From: Candidatus Moraniibacteriota bacterium
Lineage (GTDB): Bacteria; Patescibacteriota; Minisyncoccia; Moranbacterales; UBA2206
Direction of reading: 5' to 3'
DNA: 64,000 bases
NCBI GenBank assembly: GCA_049297495.1
Contig: JBAQUL010000010.1
Span: 12,881 to 76,880 of the forward strand
Shown here: in pieces, positions 1 to 8,759 of the stretch
How positions within the stretch are numbered: position 1 is the stretch's first letter
Layout of the letters: the number at the start of each line of letters is the position of its first letter
The notes under the pieces: model-generated
Database searches by the model: none
Seen by the model: only the letters and a program-made list of their open reading frames with translations
What the model was told of the DNA's origin: nothing
Program-made: the position numbers and the translations under genes

Positions 1-180
1 CTCGATCATTGCTTCGTGTCGTTTCGAGCTAACACACTCATCACAACCACACCAGTAGCCACCACAATCATAACTGTAATCTCCATGCCACTTAAAATAT
101 TTCTCAAAATACAGTTCAAGAGTTTTTTTGGCATCAGCAATTACCTCAACAATATCATTTCCGATAGTTTCGCTTTTCAT
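1..180 (-). CDS. Hypothetical Cys-rich protein, N-terminal part only (gene continues past the left window edge)
   Basis: Minus-strand ORF starts with ATG at 180-178 (MKSETIGNDIVEV...CGGYWCGCDEC) and runs off the window. The listed + ORF 16-291 on the opposite strand is low-complexity. Confidence 0.35.
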   Translation of the reverse strand, partial: MKSETIGNDIVEVIADAKKTLELYFEKYFKWHGDYSYDCGGYWCGCDECVSSKRHEAMIE

Positions 181-331
181 ATCTCTCTCCTTTATTATTC
201 AGTTTTTAATATTCTGTCGTTTCTCATCATAACAACACAGTATATCACTAAAATACTACTTTGTCAATGTTTTTTGACTACAATATTATGACTTGCTTTA
301 TGCTTAAATAAGGTGTATACTACAGTTATGT

Positions 332-1093
332 ATGAATAATATTGACAACATTGAGTTAGGAAAAATTAAAAAAGCGCTCCAAGAGTTTGGCTTATCAGAA
401 AAAGACAGTCTGGTTTATTTGAATTTACTGTCTTTTGGCGAGACTGGAATAAGCGCGCTAGAGCGAGAAATGGGCGTTCATCGCCAGATTATCTATAATT
501 CCCTCTACGCGCTAGAGCTTTTAGGCCTAGCTAAGCATGTAATTGTCAAAGGCCGTCGAAAATTCAGTGCCCAATCTCCGCGCCGGCTTCAAGTGCTGGT
601 GGATAAAAAACAGCAAACAGCGCTAGAACTGATCCAAAAGATCTCTGACTTTGCCACACCCTCCAGGGAACAAGAATTTGAGGTTTTCCAGGGTGAAAGT
701 GCTTTTGTGGAATATCAGATGGAATCGCTCTTGGATGCCCAGGAGAATGAAACCTTGTCAATCCTGGGCAGTCAGTGGAATTCTTTTTACACGGTAATGG
801 GGAGCAAGATTGAGAATTATGAGAAATTGAGAATTTCCAAGGGAATCAAGCTGCGCTTCATTGGATCAGAGCTGCAAAAACAAACTTTGGAAGAGGCGGT
901 GCGCAAACGCCCTCTATTTGAATATCGGATAGTTAAGGGGCTGAAAAACGGCTTTGTGGATAGCAATATTTGGAAAAAGTCAGTCAGCTTCAATATTTTT
1001 GGCAATCCCGTCATTATTTTTCATCTCAAAAATCAAGACATCGCTAAAAGCCAACAGGAATTTTTTGATTCTTTATGGGCGCTGGGTGAATAA
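332..1093 (+). CDS. TrmB-family helix-turn-helix transcriptional regulator (paralog 1 of 3)
   Basis: N-terminal winged-HTH pattern (LGLSEKDSLVYLNLLSFGETGISALEREMGVHRQIIYNSLYALELLGL), about 250 aa, same architecture as ORFs 15724 and 38561. Confidence 0.65.
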   Translation: MNNIDNIELGKIKKALQEFGLSEKDSLVYLNLLSFGETGISALEREMGVHRQIIYNSLYALELLGLAKHVIVKGRRKFSAQSPRRLQVLVDKKQQTALELIQKISDFATPSREQEFEVFQGESAFVEYQMESLLDAQENETLSILGSQWNSFYTVMGSKIENYEKLRISKGIKLRFIGSELQKQTLEEAVRKRPLFEYRIVKGLKNGFVDSNIWKKSVSFNIFGNPVIIFHLKNQDIAKSQQEFFDSLWALGE

Positions 1094-1159
1094 AAGTACG
1101 CCAGGTTATGCTGCAAAGCAAATTATAGTATAATTTAATCACATATTTAAAGTATCCAT

Positions 1160-1663
1160 ATGCAAATCGCCATCACCTCAGACATTCACAATAACGAAGT
1201 GAATCTTGAAAAAGTTTTGCGCCATTGCGCAGAGCAAAAAATTACCACGATTATTTGCTGTGGCGACCTCGCATCAAAAGAAGTGCTCGATCTCATGAAT
1301 GATAATTTTGCAGGCGTTATTTATTACACTTTTGGTAATGCTGATTATACTGAACTGCGCGAACTTGATTCAGTGGAAAAATATCGCAATACTTTTCTAT
1401 TTAAAAGTTTTGGCGAAACTAAAATCGATAGCAAACAAATCGCTTTCGTCCATTTTCCTCGAGAAGCCAGAAAGCTCGCGGAAACGAGAAAATATGATTT
1501 TGTTTTCCATGGCCATACCCATAAACCTTGGGAAGAAATGATTGGCAATTGCAAGATACTAAACCCCGGCAATGTCGCTGGGGAAATCTATCCGCCAACT
1601 TTTGCCATATGGAATACTGAGAATGATAATTTTAAGTTAATTAGAGTGCATAATCTGAAATAA
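1160..1663 (+). CDS. Calcineurin-like metallophosphoesterase (YfcE/MJ0936-type phosphodiesterase)
   Basis: Motifs ITSDIH, CCGDL, GNAD, FVHFP, HGHTH are typical of the small metallophosphoesterase family. Confidence 0.7.
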   Translation: MQIAITSDIHNNEVNLEKVLRHCAEQKITTIICCGDLASKEVLDLMNDNFAGVIYYTFGNADYTELRELDSVEKYRNTFLFKSFGETKIDSKQIAFVHFPREARKLAETRKYDFVFHGHTHKPWEEMIGNCKILNPGNVAGEIYPPTFAIWNTENDNFKLIRVHNLK

Positions 1664-1893
1664 ATCTACATTGTGTCATTCCTGTAAATACGTAAGTGAC
1701 GCAAGGCTATAAAAAAGCAAACTAAACGAAATTGTCATTCCCGCGCAGGCGGGAATCCAGTGGATAGACTTAGAAAAAGATATTGGCCTTATGCTTTGGC
1801 AAACAATCAAAAAACTAAGCAGAAAAACAAATCCAATTTAACAGAATAATTCTAACCAGAAAGACCACTATTTTAATATAAACTAGTGACTAG

Positions 1894-1938
1894 ATTCCCG
1901 CCGGAGTTTATCCTCGTGAAGACGGGGGCGGGAATGAC
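1894..1938. repeat. Palindromic element of the TGTCATTCCCGC family (ATTCCCGCC...GGCGGGAATGACA); a related copy lies at 53328-53360 and a shorter one at 1733-1757
   Basis: Inverted repeat seen directly. The reverse complement of 1915-1938 matches 53328-53351 for 23 consecutive bases. Confidence 0.5.
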
Positions 1939-2539
1939 AAGACCTATGGAATCCAAACAATCCCAACTCAAAAAACTAAACACCGAGATGCTCGCCTGTT
2001 CAAAGTGCGCGCTCAGACAAGGTCGCACCCAAGTCGTCCCCGGCGCAGGTTCAGCTGACGCGAAAATTCTTTTCATCGGAGAAGCACCAGGCAAGAAAGA
2101 AGATGAAACCGGAGAACCTTTTGTTGGAGCAGCGGGAAAATTTTTAAACGAAATGCTTGGAACAATAAAACTTAAGCGCGAAGACGTCTACATCGCGAAT
2201 GTCTGCAAATGCCGCCCACCAGAAAATCGCGATCCACTTCCCGAAGAAGTCACTGCTTGCTGGCCATGGCTTCTTGCGCAAATAAAAATTATCCAGCCAA
2301 AATTAATTGTTACACTTGGCCGCCACTCGATGGAAAGATTTTTACCCGGCTTCAAGATTTCCGAAGTCCATGGCAAAGCGATGAGAAGAAAAATCGAAGG
2401 TATGAGTAAACAAATATTCTACACACTTTATCACCCCGCGGCGGCGCTCTATAATGGATCAATGCGCGAAACTCTGATCAAAGATTTCAAACGGATTCCA
2501 AAAATTATTGCTAAAATTGAGCAGGAAGAAATAAGATAA
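1934..2539 (+). CDS. Uracil-DNA glycosylase, family 4 (UdgA type)
   Basis: CSKCALRQGRTQVVPGAGSADAKILFIGEAPGKKEDETGEPFVGAAGKFL and NVCKCRPPENRDP match family 4 UDG motifs. The ORF-track start at 1886 lies in the repeat, so the ATG at 1934 (or 1946) is preferred. Confidence 0.75.
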   Translation: MTRPMESKQSQLKKLNTEMLACSKCALRQGRTQVVPGAGSADAKILFIGEAPGKKEDETGEPFVGAAGKFLNEMLGTIKLKREDVYIANVCKCRPPENRDPLPEEVTACWPWLLAQIKIIQPKLIVTLGRHSMERFLPGFKISEVHGKAMRRKIEGMSKQIFYTLYHPAAALYNGSMRETLIKDFKRIPKIIAKIEQEEIR

Positions 2540-2647
2540 TTTTTGAAAAATCAAAATTTAGCCAAAGCTCGATCAAGAAGAATGGAAATTAAAAAAGCCG
2601 CCTCAGTTCCTCAACCTGAAAGCGGCTTTTATGTTTGCGATGAAAAA

Positions 2648-3619
2648 TCATTTTAAGGCTGCCCCGCACAGTTTATATAAAATACGAGCGCCAACATTGC
2701 AATCCCAGTCTCCCTCTTTTCCAGGTGCAACTTCGCACAAATCAAACCCAATAATCTTGTGGTTTACAGAAAGTCTCTCAACGAGATAGACTGCCTGCGA
2801 AAAGGATAGCCCGCCTGAAACAGGAGTCCCGGTATTGGGACAATTGGACGGATCTAAACCATCAATATCGAAAGAGATATAGACTCTCTTGGGAAGAAAA
2901 TCAGAAATTTCATCGATAATCGCTCTAAAATAAGTCCCCATATCCATCCTTTCAAAAATATCTTTCCAATAAAAAACTCTGGACCTTTTGCCAAGCGCCT
3001 TTGAGTATTCCCTCTCATCTGCACAAAAATCCCGTATTCCGATTTGACACAATGAAATTTCAGGGAAGCTTTGCATCACATTATACATAATGGAAGCGTG
3101 CGAGAATTGCAAGCCCTCGTAGGCCTCACGCAAATCGTGGTGTGCATCAAGGTGCAAAATTCCAAAATCAGGACATTCTTCTGCCAGTGCCTCAATTAAA
3201 CCAAAGGGTGCGGAATGTTCACCGCCGAGAACTCCGACGATTTTTCCTTTACCCTGAAGTCTTTTGGCTTGATTGCAAACATACCGATTAACAATTCTGC
3301 TGTGAGAATTTCTTTCTTCCAGCGTTGCCTTCGTTTTACTCATCAGCAAAATTTCCTCAGGAATCTCCAGCATGCTGATTCCTTTTTGATATGGCCTGCC
3401 AAAAAATAAGTCTTCAAGATCCAGCTGGTGGCTAGCTTGCCGAATAGCATCGGGTGCCAATGCCGTCCCTTTGCCGTAAGAAGCTGTACCATCCCATGGC
3501 ACAGGAATTAACATCAATTTACAATGCTCCTCCCTTAAGGTTGCCCCAAAAAGTCCAGCGTCTGTTGGAGGCGCCTCGCCTTTACGCAACATTTCCATCT
3601 GCTCCGCTCTTGTTTTCAT
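2648..3619 (-). CDS. Arginase/agmatinase/formiminoglutamase-family ureohydrolase
   Basis: Binuclear-Mn motifs GGEHS, HLDAHHDL, SFDIDGLDP. The ATG at 3619 is preceded by AGGAAAGG; the ORF-track start at 3625 is GTG. Confidence 0.75.
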   Translation of the reverse strand: MKTRAEQMEMLRKGEAPPTDAGLFGATLREEHCKLMLIPVPWDGTASYGKGTALAPDAIRQASHQLDLEDLFFGRPYQKGISMLEIPEEILLMSKTKATLEERNSHSRIVNRYVCNQAKRLQGKGKIVGVLGGEHSAPFGLIEALAEECPDFGILHLDAHHDLREAYEGLQFSHASIMYNVMQSFPEISLCQIGIRDFCADEREYSKALGKRSRVFYWKDIFERMDMGTYFRAIIDEISDFLPKRVYISFDIDGLDPSNCPNTGTPVSGGLSFSQAVYLVERLSVNHKIIGFDLCEVAPGKEGDWDCNVGARILYKLCGAALK

Positions 3620-3695
3620 CTGCACCTTTCCTTTCTTGGAGTTAAAGAACGTTGATAAAATAAAAAATGCCTAGAAATTAGACAGCTTATTTTTG

Positions 3696-3778
3696 TGGGC
3701 GAGGAGGGACTCGAACCCTCATGGAGCAAGCTCCGCAACATTTTAAGTGTTGAGTGTATACCATTCCACCACTCGCCC
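3696..3778 (-). tRNA. tRNA-Leu(TAA)
   Basis: Cloverleaf folded by hand: acceptor GGGCGAG/CTCGCCC, anticodon loop CTTAAAA, long variable arm, T-loop GGTTCGAGTCC. Confidence 0.75.
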
Positions 3779-3782
3779 AAAA

Positions 3783-4253
3783 TTATTTTTTTCGATTTCT
3801 CCCTCTGTGTGTTGGCTTTAGACTATGACAATTAGGACAAAGTACTCGCAAATTTTCTAGTCGATTGTCCTTACTATCACCATTAATATGATCGAGTTCT
3901 AATGGTAACCGCCCATCATTCGATATTTTATGCCACCCGCACTCTTCGCAATGCTTTGGCTTTAAACCAGCAACAAATAATCTTTTCTTCAACTTGAAGC
4001 TTTGAAAATTACTATCCTTTTTTAGAATTTCTTCTAACTCCTGACGTGGTTTTCCAATTCCACTCATTCCCTTATTCCAACCCTTTCCTGTGAAATGCTT
4101 TGTATTGATTTTGTAAAGCTCTAAAAACTTTTTTATTTGAGAATAGTTTCCTCCTGCTTCCTTCAGCTTCAATCTTTTTAAAACCTGCCTAACGCTTGTG
4201 GACAATTCAACTGCTTTTTTCAGTTCATTTTCTGTCCAACTTCTTTTTCTCAT
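3783..4253 (-). CDS. HNH endonuclease (free-standing, homing-endonuclease-like)
   Basis: C-terminal HNH motif LELDHINGDSKDNRLENLRVLCPNCH, with CEECG upstream. Sits between tRNA-Leu and tRNA-Cys. Confidence 0.7.
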   Translation of the reverse strand: MRKRSWTENELKKAVELSTSVRQVLKRLKLKEAGGNYSQIKKFLELYKINTKHFTGKGWNKGMSGIGKPRQELEEILKKDSNFQSFKLKKRLFVAGLKPKHCEECGWHKISNDGRLPLELDHINGDSKDNRLENLRVLCPNCHSLKPTHRGRNRKK

Positions 4254-4319
4254 AGTGGTATACTAATTTATTTATATCACCCCAAAAGTATACCATATTA
4301 ATCGTTTTTAACAAAACTG

Positions 4320-4390
4320 AGGTCCGGAGCAGATTCGCACTGCTGTACAGGGTTTTGCAGACCCTTGCCTAACTGCTCGGCCACCGGACC
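4320..4390 (-). tRNA. tRNA-Cys(GCA)
   Basis: Hand-folded: acceptor GGTCCGG/CCGGACC, anticodon loop CTGCAAA, T-arm AGCAG-TGCGAAT-CTGCT, discriminator U. Confidence 0.65.
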
Positions 4391-4451
4391 ATAGGTAAAT
4401 AGTACCAAGCCAAAGAGCTCAAGTCAACCGACAGGCTTCGAGCACAAAAAA

Positions 4452-4482
4452 AGCACCCCGATTACTCGGAGTGCTCTTTTTT
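4452..4482. terminator. Bidirectional rho-independent terminator hairpin (AGCACCCCGATTACTCGGAGTGCT flanked by A7 and T8)
   Basis: GC-rich stem with A-run upstream and T-run downstream, immediately 3' of the minus-strand gene 4482-5051. Confidence 0.5.
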
Positions 4483-5051
4483 TATTCAAGCACAATCTCA
4501 GCCACTAAGTTTCGTCTACCGAAAGCAAACGCTTGCGCTTTTGTTTTCACATAGATATCAATCTTATTCCCCTTGATTGCACCTCCACGATCTTGACAGA
4601 TATAGGTTCCATAACCTTCAATATTCACCTTTGTTCCAAAAGCAAAGTTCTTGGGACAAGCGATCGTTTCGTTTTCTTTGACTTTCTTTCCCGAAGCTGT
4701 AATTCCATCGCTCTTGCCACATTCATCGGCCGCAGCAGTATACGCTGAAGCATTGATTACGAATTTTCCTTTCGGTAAGTTGCTATTTTTAAGTACTTTT
4801 TTAGTTTCAATTATATTTTTTTTCTCCTTTTCCACTTCCTCCACCTTCTTTTCCTCTGCAACTTCCGCTGTTGGAGCAAGTTCCTCAGCCATACAAACAT
4901 TTGTTTGACCAAGAGTAAGGATGTTTTCGACGATATTGAAGTTTATTTTTGTTTGATTAGACTCGTCGGCTCTCGCTGTTCCCGCCATCGCGCCTAATCC
5001 CAGGACGACAGAGAAACTGGCTAAAAGCGCCAACTTCGTACTAATACGCAT
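4482..5051 (-). CDS. Secreted 3D-domain protein (MltA-like fold, YuiC-type)
   Basis: Signal peptide MRISTKLALLASFSVVLGLGAMAGTARA. C-terminal ASAYTAAADECGK...GTKVNIEGYGTYICQDRGGAIKGNKIDIY matches the 3D domain pattern. Confidence 0.55.
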   Translation of the reverse strand: MRISTKLALLASFSVVLGLGAMAGTARADESNQTKINFNIVENILTLGQTNVCMAEELAPTAEVAEEKKVEEVEKEKKNIIETKKVLKNSNLPKGKFVINASAYTAAADECGKSDGITASGKKVKENETIACPKNFAFGTKVNIEGYGTYICQDRGGAIKGNKIDIYVKTKAQAFAFGRRNLVAEIVLE

Positions 5052-5269
5052 ACATAAACTTTAATTGTTAATTGCCAGTCAGGGATCTAGTTCCCCTTTT
5101 CAGACTGACCTACAATGTTAGCAAATATTTGCCAGAAAGTCAAGCAATATAGCCACATTTTGGCTAATATGAGCCATCATACTAGCCACTTTTACCCCAA
5201 AAATGCCAAGATAAGCCCTAAAAATCAAAAAAGCCTCGAAAGAGGCTTTAATAGGCACAAATATGTCTA

Positions 5270-7264
5270 TCATTTTTTCTTTTTCTTCTTTTCCTCCTTC
5301 TTTTTCTCTTTCTCTTCTTTCTTTTTCTGTTCTTCCCATTTCTTAAGTTCCTCTTCACTCAAAACTATTTTTTCATCAGAAGAAACTGGCTTATAGCCAA
5401 CAAAGCTATCATCCGGATAGCGAGACAACACCGCATCCACAAAACTGCGCCAAATCGGAGCTGCCACGAAGACTCCATCTGAACCTGCTTTCATCGGATG
5501 CGAATCATTATTTCCCGCCCAAACTCCAACTGCAATTGATGGCGTATAGCCCACCGTCCATGCATCACGAAACTCCTGAGATGTTCCCGTCTTTGCCGCA
5601 ACAACTCTTCCAGGAATATAAAGGGGACTCCTTGGACCGAATATTGCCGAGCGAGCATCATTATCAGAGAGAACTGAATTTATTTTTCTGGCCACCTCAA
5701 TATCAATCACTTGTTCACCCTGGACTTTATTCAAATATGACTCATTATTATTATCAATAATTTCCAATATTGAATGCGACTGAAATCTTTTTCCCTCAGT
5801 AGCAAATACTGAAAAAGCGCTTACCATATCAACGAGTTTCACTTCGGCGCCACCTATTGCCATCGAAAGTCCATAGCGGTTCCGATCATTTAGCGTTGTG
5901 ATCCCAAGTCGATGTGCCATATTAATTGCGCTATCAATGCCAACAAGTGAAAGCGTTTTTATAGCTGGAATATTAAGTGACATTGAAAGTGTTTTTCTCA
6001 TCGGAAGTACGCCGTGAAATTTGCCATCATAGTTTTGTGGGATATAGCTTATCCCTCCACCATCCGGTCCAAAATTTGTCGGCTCATCAGCTATGAGTGT
6101 TTCTGGCTGATAGCCCTTTTCAAAAGCCGTCGCATAGACAATCGGCTTGAAGGATGATCCCGGTTGACGCAAGCGCAGTGCCACATTCACCTGCCCATCT
6201 ATCGTTGTATCAAAATAGTCTCGACTCCCCACCATCGCTAGCACATCACCGCTTTTTGGTTCAATTGCAACAAGTGCAGCATTGCTTGCGCCACGACTGA
6301 GATTCTTTAGTCCGCCATCTGCTACAACTTTTTCGCCAACTTTTTGTAACTCAAAATCTAGCGTTGTTATTATTTTTAATCCTCCTTTTTCTAAAAAGTC
6401 CCTACCATATTTAGTCTCCAACTGCTCAATTACGTTAAATACGAAATGGGGCGCCAAGATAGATTCTCGAAAAGGTTCCACTTTAGCCAAAATATTTATT
6501 TTCTTTGCTTTATCGATTTCAGAAGAGTCAGCTAGCCCGAGAGAATTCATCCTATCTAAAATACTTTGATGACGAGAATTTAATTTCTCCACATTATTCC
6601 CATATGGAGAATAATAAGTTGGAGCCTTAGGAAGCGCTGCCAAGAAAACGGCTTCGTCTAAACTTAGATTTTTTGCCTCTTTTCCAAAAAAAACTTCTGC
6701 TGCCGCTTGGACACCATAGGCATTGGAACCATATGGCACCTGATTAAGATAACGATCCAAAATCTGATCTTTGGTAAAATTCTTTTCAATCTTAAGCGCA
6801 ATTAATGTCTCCATGAATTTCCTGCGCAGCGTTTTCTCCCGCGACAGATAAACATTGCGAGCTAACTGTTGAGTAATCGTTGACCCTCCCTGGGAAATAT
6901 CTCCGTTTTTAACATTAACTTTCATTGCGCGCAAAATCGATAAAAAATCAACACCAAAATGACTATAAAAATTTTTATCCTCCGTTGCCACAGTCGCAAT
7001 CCGCATCACATCAGGAATTTCATCATGTGCCAAAACCTTACGATTTTCCTCGCCATGAATTTCATAGAGCACGATTCTTCCACTCCGGTCATAGATAATT
7101 GATGTTTGCGGAGGCCGAAAACTGGAGATATCAGCCACACTCGGCGTGTGATTTTTATAAATAAAAAAAGTGGCAATTGCTGTACCCAGCAATACCATAA
7201 ACAAAGCACCAAAAATGCCTAAAATAACTTCTTTAAAATAATATCCAAATGTGTGCTTTTTCAT
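5270..7264 (-). CDS. mrcA: Class A penicillin-binding protein (transglycosylase + transpeptidase), PBP1A-like
   Basis: Glycosyltransferase-51 motifs (EDKNFYSHFGVD, GGSTITQQLARN) and a transpeptidase SxxK/KTGT region (AAKTGTSQ). N-terminal TM helix and a K/E-rich C-tail. Confidence 0.85.
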   Translation of the reverse strand: MKKHTFGYYFKEVILGIFGALFMVLLGTAIATFFIYKNHTPSVADISSFRPPQTSIIYDRSGRIVLYEIHGEENRKVLAHDEIPDVMRIATVATEDKNFYSHFGVDFLSILRAMKVNVKNGDISQGGSTITQQLARNVYLSREKTLRRKFMETLIALKIEKNFTKDQILDRYLNQVPYGSNAYGVQAAAEVFFGKEAKNLSLDEAVFLAALPKAPTYYSPYGNNVEKLNSRHQSILDRMNSLGLADSSEIDKAKKINILAKVEPFRESILAPHFVFNVIEQLETKYGRDFLEKGGLKIITTLDFELQKVGEKVVADGGLKNLSRGASNAALVAIEPKSGDVLAMVGSRDYFDTTIDGQVNVALRLRQPGSSFKPIVYATAFEKGYQPETLIADEPTNFGPDGGGISYIPQNYDGKFHGVLPMRKTLSMSLNIPAIKTLSLVGIDSAINMAHRLGITTLNDRNRYGLSMAIGGAEVKLVDMVSAFSVFATEGKRFQSHSILEIIDNNNESYLNKVQGEQVIDIEVARKINSVLSDNDARSAIFGPRSPLYIPGRVVAAKTGTSQEFRDAWTVGYTPSIAVGVWAGNNDSHPMKAGSDGVFVAAPIWRSFVDAVLSRYPDDSFVGYKPVSSDEKIVLSEEELKKWEEQKKKEEKEKKKEEKKKKKK

Positions 7265-7499
7265 ATCCCCAATAATAAGACTGATTGATTTTGGAGATAG
7301 TTACCCCCATTTCTCCCTCACCATAGCATAAATTAGAAAAAGGTCAAAATTTTGGCTTATTTCAGGATAAAAAACCGATTATGTCAAATGATTTCAAGAC
7401 GTGATAGTCCAATAGCTTGGAAACGTTTTTTAGCATAGAATAATCAGTTAACTATTTTCATCTGATTAATTAATTTCTCACAAACAAAAACCTCCTTTT

Positions 7500-7760
7500 T
7501 AGGGAGATTTTTGTCTTATCTGAGCGGGTAGGGGGAATCTTTTTCATCCGTCACTTCGCACGTGCCTACGGCACAGGCTCCGTTCCTCCCTGCCTACCAG
7601 CAGGCAGGCCTCAAAACCTGGGTTTTTAAAAAAGCAAAGCAGTTTGCTTTTTTAAAATACCCTTCGATTCCCCTAAATCATTGGCCAACATAAAAAAACA
7701 AAAATCTCCTTTTTCAAGAAGATTTCTATTTTATCTGAGCGGGTAGGGGGAATCGAACCC
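7500..7760. repeat. Imperfect direct repeat of about 50 bp (AAAAACCTCCTTTTT...TTATCTGAGCGGGTAGGGGGAATC) that duplicates the tRNA-Gly 3' end and trailer, flanking a roughly 195 bp insert that carries a CCTGCCTACCAGCAGGCAGG palindrome
   Basis: 7515-7540 is identical to 7737-7760 (24 bp). The palindrome at 7600-7620 is related to the GCCTGCCTGCCGGTAGGCAGG core of the MITE-like family. Confidence 0.5.
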
Positions 7761-7809
7761 CCCTCCTCAGCTTGGAAGGCTGATATAATAGCCACTATAC
7801 GACACCCGC
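7738..7809 (-). tRNA. tRNA-Gly(TCC)
   Basis: Hand-folded: acceptor GCGGGTG/TACCCGC, anticodon loop CTTCCAA, T-arm GGGGG-TTCGATT-CCCCC. Confidence 0.8.
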
Positions 7810-7890
7810 CTTCGTCACGCCGAAGCGTGACTACGGCGGGCGAAGCCCGCTAGTAGTCCGCGAAGGCGGACTTTCTTTTTTTCAATTTTG

Positions 7891-7962
7891 TGCCGAAGGG
7901 CAGAGTTGAACTGCCGACGCAAGGATTTTCAGTCCTTCGCTCTACCGCTGAGCTACTTCGGC
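7891..7962 (-). tRNA. tRNA-Phe(GAA)
   Basis: Acceptor GCCGAAG/CTTCGGC, anticodon loop CTGAAAA, T-arm GGCAG-TTCAACT-CTGCC. Confidence 0.8.
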
Positions 7963-8023
7963 TTTTTCTATCAGCCTAAAATATAAAGTCTTGCATTTTC
8001 ATGTCGCATATTACATGATTTTG

Positions 8024-8096
8024 TGGACCCTATAGGACTCGAACCTATAACCCCCTCGGTGTAAACGAGGTGCTCTAGCCATTGAGCTAAGGATCC
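8024..8096 (-). tRNA. tRNA-Val(TAC)
   Basis: Acceptor GGATCCT/AGGGTCC, anticodon stem CCTCG/CGAGG with loop TTTACAC, T-arm ATAGG-TTCGAGT-CCTAT. Confidence 0.8.
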
Positions 8097-8110
8097 GCGC
8101 ATACTATCGG

Positions 8111-8193
8111 TGCCTTCGGCGGGACTCGAACCCGCACGGCCTTGCGACCCATGCACCTCAAGCATGTGTGTATACCAATTCCACCACGAAGGC
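8111..8193 (-). tRNA. tRNA-Leu(GAG)
   Basis: Acceptor GCCTTCG/CGAAGGC, anticodon loop TTGAGGT, long variable arm, T-loop GGTTCGAGTCC. Confidence 0.75.
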
Positions 8194-8204
8194 TCGGAAA
8201 ATGT

Positions 8205-8654
8205 TTAAGCTTTTTTCTCTTCAATTTTTTCTTCCACTTTCTCAGAAGCTACTTTCTTCTCAACAGGCTCAGTTTTTGGTTTGTCTTTCTTGTTTACATC
8301 CTTGACATCTTTGTATTTCATACGGCTTTGTTTGGTCGTAAGCGTTCGGACATAATAAAGCTTAGCTCTTCGCACCTTTGCACGTTTCACTAGTTCGATC
8401 TTTTCCACATTCTTTGAACCAACCGGAATAATCATCTCAACACCGACATCGTGAGTTACTTTTCGCACAGTGATTGTTGGGGAAGAACTCTGTCCACCCT
8501 TAACAGCAATTACTAAACCCTCAAAAAGCTGGGTTCTTTCCTTGGCTCCCTCCTTAATTCTAAGAAATACTTTTACAACATCTCCGCTGTGAAATTTCTG
8601 TTCATCCTTCAATGCTCGTTGAGACTTATTAAACTCAATGATCTTCTTTTCCAT
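8205..8654 (-). CDS. rplS: 50S ribosomal protein L19, with a K/E-rich C-terminal extension
   Basis: FHSGDVVKV...EGAKERTQLFEGLVIAVKGG...TVRKVTHDVGVE...RRAKLYYVR matches the L19 pattern. Confidence 0.85.
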   Translation of the reverse strand: MEKKIIEFNKSQRALKDEQKFHSGDVVKVFLRIKEGAKERTQLFEGLVIAVKGGQSSSPTITVRKVTHDVGVEMIIPVGSKNVEKIELVKRAKVRRAKLYYVRTLTTKQSRMKYKDVKDVNKKDKPKTEPVEKKVASEKVEEKIEEKKA

Positions 8655-8759
8655 ACAATTATTATAGCAAATTATTACCTTAAATTAAAATAGGCCTCAA
8701 AAGCCATTCAAACTTCACCAAAAATCCCACCGTGAGGTATAATTTTTCGCTTTTATATA

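Noticed and set aside
16-291. Plus-strand ORF of 91 aa at the left edge
   Set aside because: Low-complexity translation (Thr/Ile/Leu runs) lying antisense to a better minus-strand ORF that starts at 180 and leaves the window; treated as an antisense artefact.
5115-5396. Plus-strand ORF 93 aa with poly-Phe/Ser run
   Set aside because: Antisense to the K/E-rich C-terminal tail of the PBP gene (AAG/GAA repeats read as TTC/CTT), so low-complexity.
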